A stretch of 64,000 bases of DNA from Octopus bimaculoides (taxonomy: Eukaryota), in the NCBI RefSeq assembly GCF_001194135.2, contig NC_068999.1:3087098-3151097 (forward strand). The letters run 5' to 3'. Positions 58,440 to 64,000 of the stretch are shown piece by piece. Positions within the stretch are counted from its first letter, which is position 1. Every line of letters starts with the position of its first letter. The notes under the pieces were generated by a model. It searched no databases, was not told the origin of the DNA, and saw only the letters and a list, made by a program, of their open reading frames with translations. Both the position numbers and the translations under genes were made by a program.

Positions 58440-61400
58440 CTGTCAAAATAAAATGAAGAAATAATTTTATTGAAATTAATTAGAAATTATTAATTTCAGA
58501 TTTTCATATATTACAGTACCCACTACCTTCATTATGGTACCTTCTCTCTTCAAGATGGTACCACAGGTACCTTCAGTGTGCCAAATGGATGGTCATAATG
58601 GCAACAGGGAAGATAAACACCATCACCATTTAATTCATGTGGGGAGAAGACTGGAATGTTAGCCTTTGCACACACACACACAAACACATACGCACACATT
58701 CACTCACACACACAAATAGAAAGATAGATGGATGGATGGATGGATAGTGAAAGAGGTAGAAAGTGAGAGAGAGAGGATGCTGAACTTACTCTTTCTGTTT
58801 CATGTAGATGATGGAAACACAAATTATGCAGCAGATAAATAAGAGACAAGCCAAGATGAGAAGAGATAATTCCGGAGCATGAAAATTCCAAGATTTCAGC
58901 TTCTTGGAACTTTTCTCTTTAAAAATCTTCTGTAAAACAGCTTTATGTTCCAGGACCAAACTACGGAAAAGGGGGAAACAAGAGGAAAGAAATAGATTTA
59001 TTCAAATATAGTTTGTATGGAAGCGATGAGTTTGGTAATTCTCTAACATATCAGAGACAATCTATGAGAGAATATTGTTTACTTTGTAGAATTAAACCAA
59101 CATTGACATACTTTTAGATTCTATGTTCCAAAGAAATGGCAAAATGGATGAAATATCAATCTTAAGACATTGTCAGTTGAAACCACACTGTTGGTGTTCC
59201 ATTATGTATTTTTGTAGATATTTAATGATACTGACTGGCCTAGGTTACCTAGAGGTACAGGGAGTTCTCTATATACAGTGATCTGTTCTCTACGTAACCT
59301 ATCATATGCTAACATTCTACCAAAGGAGAGACCTTTCTATCAACATTTTAACTCCTGGAAACTATAATTATATAGCCAGGGACAATAACTATACACCCTG
59401 AACCTACAGCTATACACCCTGAAGCTGCAGCTATACATCCAGACAGAATAACTATATACCCTGGAGCAATAGTTATACATCCTGAAACAACAGCTATGTA
59501 CACTGAAAAAAATTGCTATGCACCCTGATAGTATCGTTATTCACCCTGAAATTACAGCTATACATTTCTTAGAATATAATTATGTGAACTGAAAATACAG
59601 ATATACACACTGAACCAATATCTATATGTCCTGAAATGAAAGCTTTAGACCCCAAAATTACAGCTACACACCTTGAAATATAGCTGTATATGCTGTAACA
59701 ATAGCTGAACAACATTAAACTGGTTATACACCCTGGAGTTACTACTATGCAGCCTGAAACAATAGCTAAACATCCTGAATCTGATCTAAAGTTGTTGTGT
59801 GATGTCGACGTTGAAGGAAAGTCAGTAAAAGAGTCAGAGGTGAACCTTTGACCATTGTTATACTTTCTGTCAGTGGAATAGACAGGGAAATGGTTTTATT
59901 GCTGTTGTCGTAGCTGTTAAAGTATGTCACACAATAGGTCATGTGACATGTCACATGATATATCACATGATGTGTCTCCATGCCAAAGTCACCCCAGTTG
60001 TTTTACGTACCTCTTTAAGTGTTGTCTGGACAATCTGGTTCCATTAGGAAATGTTGCTGTGATTTGAACTGTTGATCTGCAAATACCATAACAGATGTTA
60101 GATGAAATAACAAATGATAATAATATATAATATATTAATACAGTAATTCCTCGACTATTGCAGGTGTTATGTTCCAAAACCCCCTGCAATAGGTGAAAAT
60201 CCACAAAGCAGAAACAGCACTGTGCTGTATATTTTTTATTTTTTATTTTTATAATTTGTATATATTTATTTTATTATAAATGCAAAACAACACCATGAAG
60301 GAATTGGCGTAAGCTTAAATAATAAACCACGATAGGTGAACCACGATAGGAGAACCACAGTAGGTGAAATGTGATAGGTGAACCGTGATATGGCAAGGGA
60401 TTACTGAATCCCTTTTATTAATACCTGTGCTGGCACCATGTAGAAAACGCCCATGCTGGTGCCATACAAAAAAATACTCAGTAACACTCTGTAAAGCAGC
60501 TGGCCTTTAGAAGGGCATCAATTCATAGAACCATACCAAAACGGACAATGATGTTATACATAGAAAGAAACATTAATATTGTACTAAAAAATAGATGTTC
60601 TTCCTTTAATGAAAGATACAAATAACATATTTGCTATTAATAACAGCCCATTTTGCAGAAAACTCGCTTTAATTCTAGGCAAAAAAAATGTTATTTTCAC
60701 AGAAAATAGCCCATTTACTAGCAAAAGCATACCATTTAGTGACGGCCCATTTTACGAAACACTGGAGTCATTTTTGTTATCTATGGTTATAACTGTTCTA
60801 GAAAATGATGTTCTCTTCCCTGTAGCAAAATCATTGTTGTACAGTGTTATGAGGCTGTTAATGCCAAACTTACCCTCCAAAGAAGAAGCTTTGTCCCTGA
60901 CTGTCTGTCGGTCCATCAATGACATTTTCAATATTTACACGAACACCAGTTACCTTAGTTAAGGCCCTGAAAAATAATCAATCATATCATTTAACATCAT
61001 TTCTTCAAAGATTAATCATATTAGTCCATATTAGTCATACAATGACTAGAATTACTTATGACTGATCTTCATATGACAATCAATCATAGGCTGACATAAT
61101 TAAGATGCATCATAATTAAGATGCATCATACCATTGATGTTATACAGCAGTAGTTCCCAACCTGCAGACCCCTGGTGGTACACAATGGTAGTACTGGGGG
61201 TCTGTGAACTAAATTCAAAATTTCATATTTATATATATATAATTTCAACCAGTAACATACAAATAAATTAAGAATAATAAATTTGAGTTAAAGGTATAAC
61301 ATAATATACATATATATCATTTGATAAAAGTTCCAAATCAAGTTAAAGTTAAAATTAACACAATTAAAAATTTAAATATATAATATAGATCGATATAAAA

Positions 61401-62478
61401 TAAAATAAAGAAATGAGGTAAAACAAAATAGTCTATCAGTTAAAAATTTTAAATGATTTAACATTATTAGAGTTAAAATATAAAGTTCTATACTTCCCTC
61501 GGGTATAATTTATAATTTAAAACATTATGAAAAGGTTGGGAACCACTGTGATACAGGAGACAATTTCATCCAATGTTAAATAGAACTTACCATTCCAAAG
61601 ATCTTTTATTATTCAGGACTTGCTTTTTCAAAAGCATTGTTGACACAAAGTAGCTGGCACCAATAATCTTGTCTTCCAATACAAGCTGGAACATGGAGAG
61701 ATTGGTCAGATGTATGTATGGTCAGGTGTACAACATGTACGTGTGTGTGTGTGTGTGTGTGTGTATGCGTGCATACGTGTGCGTGCATGTGTGTGTATCC
61801 ATGTGTATGTACATATATGTTGAAGCTAGAGCGTTTACCTTGACTTTTACTAACGATGATAGAGGTGGGTTCCCTTTATCGATTACTCTCACCAGAAATT
61901 CCACACCATTTCCATCACCATTTTCTTCTGCCTCCAGCTGAAGACTTCTCTTCACAATCAATTCTCCTGTTTTATTTTCTATCACAATATGGCGCCCAAC
62001 ACTATAAATAAACAAAACAAAACAAAAAACAAACAACAATTAATGATTATTTATATATTTATTTTATTGTTATTGTCATCGTTTAACCCCAGGTCAGCCC
62101 TGATCCATGATCCATCTGAGCCATGATTAATGAACTGTTGTTGTTTAACCCCAGGTCAGCTGACTCATGATTAAAAGACTGTCAAGGCATGAATATAGTG
62201 TCTGAATTTAAGGCTAAGTGTATCTCGGACTACATCATCCAACAATGTTATTACTTTTTTAAGATAGTAAGGTGTAATTTGAGGGAGATTTCACTGTTAT
62301 TTCTTGTAAATCAAGCAAATTTGTTGGGACATGAGCAGCAAGGAAATGGAGACGTCTTTCATTGGCTGCATGAATAATGACTGAAGTAAACTCACAAACA
62401 TTTACATGAAATATCGATTGCTGAACATAAAGACATTTGGTCCTGCGCTGTTTACAAGAAACAACAGAGATGTTTGCT

Positions 62479-62517
<39 letters not shown>

Positions 62518-63671
62518 TGTGCTGCATCTGTTGAAGTTTCTTATGAGATGTGTGAATGTTCAGAATTGGTCTGTCCAAGAACATGCAGTTGTCTGCAGCA
62601 ATGTCCAGAACTGTCTGCTTGGCATCAGTGAAGGCACAACTCAGCTGGCTGCTTTCAACACTTTGTGGGCCTTGTGACTTTGTGGTTAGCATGTTGGACT
62701 CCTGATCGTAAGATTATGGTTTCAATTCCTGCACTGGGTGATACATTGTGTTCTTGAGCAAGACACTTCATTTTACATTGTTCCAATCTGCTCAGCTGGC
62801 AAAAACGAGTAATCCTGTGATGGATTGGCATCCTGTCCAGGTGGGGAATATACACACCATGGAAACTGGGAAACTACCCCATATGAGAAGATATCTTTAC
62901 CTTTACCTTCAACACTCTGCGATTAACTGACCACCAAGAATGGCTTTAATAGGGGACAAGAAGTATTTGTCTCTAGAACTATCAAAGAAAACTAGATCAT
63001 GTCTCAGCTTCATGCTGTTTGATTGATTTACAGGCCAATCACATGAATCTATGATGGTTCAATAATGGTGTCTGATCAAGTATCCAGTGGTTAGTTTTCC
63101 AGTCACTGCAACACAAGATTAATGGGAATCCACCCCCAGTGTATGGCAGGTATTTAATTGTTTCGATTTTCACTGGAAGAATAATAATGTTGATTTCCAG
63201 CAGGATTTGAACTCAGAATGTCCAGATGAAATAAAATATTGTAACATATTCTAGTCTGAGTTATATCATCCCCTCCCCCCTCACCCCTCAGATTTCAAAC
63301 TGATCTGTGGAAAATATTGGTTTCATATTTTGGCACAAGGCCAGCAATTTCAGGGGAGGGGTTAAGTCGATTACAACAACCCCAGTGTTCAACTGGTACT
63401 TATTTTATCAACCCCAAACCCCAAAAGAATGAAAGGCAAAGTCAACCCCAGCAGAATTTGAACTCAGAACACAAAGATAGTTGAAACGCTGTTCAGCATT
63501 TTTGCCTGGTGTGCTGACGACTCTGCCAGTTCCCCACCTTGATCTGTGAGAAATATTTAAAAAAGTCTAAGTTTGACTATTAAACAAGAAAATTGATGGC
63601 ACCAACCTGAATTCTGCAGGAATTCTATAAAAGAACTGATTATTCGGAGGTTCCCTGTCATTATCAGATGC
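57341..63671 (-). CDS. Non-classical cadherin-related protein (CDH23/PCDH15/Cad99C-like architecture); 3' part of gene, 5' end outside the window
   Basis: complement join(63607-63671,61839-62001,61591-61685,60874-60966,60011-60076,58790-58960,57341-58439), all GT-AG and in phase. Encodes a cadherin repeat (ASDND..PPNN..FY.I ... TGEL ... VRVIDKGNPPLSS), a ~100-aa membrane-adjacent domain, a TM helix and a long tail ending MTQL. Confidence 0.88.
58790..58960 (-). CDS. Cadherin transmembrane exon
   Basis: Long pyrimidine tract ...ccccttttccgtag|T ... GA|gtaagt; LVLEHKAVLQKIFKEKSSKKLKSWNFHAPELSLLILACLLFICCIICVSIIYMKQK. Confidence 0.87.
59380..59780. repeat. Degenerate 21-bp minisatellite, about 18 units
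   Basis: Unit ~ATACACCCTGAAnnTACAGCT. Confidence 0.85.
60011..60076 (-). CDS. Cadherin exon, membrane-adjacent domain part 3
   Basis: atttgcag|A ... AG|gtacgt; STVQITATFPNGTRLSRQHLK. Confidence 0.8.
60141..60406. mobile_element. Tigger/pogo-like MITE
   Basis: TA|CAGTAATTCCTCG ... GCAAGGGATTACTG; internal ~14-bp repeats (CCACGATAGGTGAA). Confidence 0.75.
60874..60966 (-). CDS. Cadherin exon, membrane-adjacent domain part 2
   Basis: atttttcag|G ... GG|gtaagt; ALTKVTGVRVNIENVIDGPTDSQGQSFFFG. Confidence 0.82.
61148..61548. mobile_element. hAT (Charlie-like) MITE
   Basis: Ends CAGTAGTTCCCAACC / GGTTGGGAACCACTG; 8-bp TSD TTATACAG / TGATACAG (1 mismatch). Confidence 0.87.
61591..61685 (-). CDS. 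Cadherin exon, membrane-adjacent domain part 1
   Basis: gttccag|CTT ... TG|gtaagt; LVLEDKIIGASYFVSTMLLKKQVLNNKRSLEW. Confidence 0.82.
61839..62001 (-). CDS. Cadherin exon, last EC repeat
   Basis: ttatag|T ... AAG|gtaaac; VGRHIVIENKTGELIVKRSLQLE...VEFLVRVIDKGNPPLSSLVKVK. Confidence 0.9.
62660..62860 (+). mobile_element. tRNA-headed SINE with V/Meta-like block GATGGATTGGCATCCTGTCCAGG
   Basis: GTGGTTAGCATG..GGTTTCAATTCC head; TTCTTGAGCAAGACACTT. Confidence 0.65.
63320..63540 (-). mobile_element. SINE family A
   Basis: Reverse-complement consensus match. Confidence 0.8.
63607..63671 (-). CDS. Cadherin exon, A-x-D-x-D calcium-binding segment of the last EC repeat
   Basis: acattccag|GCA ... AG|gttggt; ASDNDREPPNNQFFYRIPAEF. 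Confidence 0.85.
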
Positions 63672-64000
63672 CTGGAATGTAATTAAACATATAACAATCG
63701 TTAATCACTCATTTAGAATTGATTTCTAATAATTAGAGATAATTTCAGTTTTTGAAATGTATTACAATTTAGAAATTATTTCACAGTTTTATAATTATTT
63801 CTTTAATTTGAGAATCTTCAAATATTTTAATTGCATCAGAGAAATTCTTACTGAAGAAAACTATTTGATATGTGCATGTGTGTGTGTGTGTGTGTGTGTA
63901 TGTGTGTGTTTGTGTGTGTGTGTAATGTAATATAATACAATATAACATAATATATATTTAAAAGAATCTCAAATCATACAGAAATAATTACTAAAATATA

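Noticed and set aside
58929-58932. Alternative acceptor tttacag| inside the TM exon
   Set aside because: Phase 0, whereas the upstream donor is phase 2. The acceptor at 58960 has a far better pyrimidine tract and keeps the frame.
60609-60962. 117-aa + strand ORF
   Set aside because: Antisense to a cadherin exon and intron, with no recognisable domain.
57341-63671. Calling the cadherin a clustered-type protocadherin or giving it a gene symbol
   Set aside because: The exon structure, membrane-adjacent domain and tail do not fit, and orthology cannot be assigned without the 5' exons and a phylogeny.

Overview
Eukaryotic, AT-rich, SINE- and microsatellite-dense scaffold segment with four N gaps. 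The repeat families suggest an octopod cephalopod (inference). Two convergent intron-containing genes were assembled by hand from GT-AG sites and phase matching. (1) + strand: a complete Rubicon (RUBCN) orthologue with 22 coding exons from ATG 3518 to TGA 45980, 2814 nt / 937 aa. It has an N-terminal RUN domain, a Ser/Asn-rich linker, the ENAHF..SE coiled-coil region and a C-terminal Cys-rich Rubicon-homology domain. (2) - strand: the 3' part (7 exons, 63671 to 57341) of a multi-exon non-classical cadherin. It encodes a last cadherin repeat, a CDH23/PCDH15/Cad99C-type membrane-adjacent domain, one TM helix and a ~366-aa Tyr-rich tail ending in a PDZ-type motif (MTQL). The remaining sequence holds tRNA-derived SINEs of several families, RTE-clade LINE fragments (one with an in-frame C4HC3 PHD-like finger), a Penelope-like RT fossil, a deleted mariner, mariner/pogo/hAT/piggyBac-type MITEs (one a near-perfect 270-bp hairpin downstream of the Rubicon stop), minisatellites and microsatellites. 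No CRISPR, rRNA or bona fide tRNA was found. I found no clearly new biological system. The most interesting leads are the cadherin's architecture and signalling tail, a cryptic in-frame cadherin exon, the PHD-bearing LINE and potential dsRNA structures in the Rubicon transcript. Repeat boundaries are approximate unless TIR/TSD ends are quoted.
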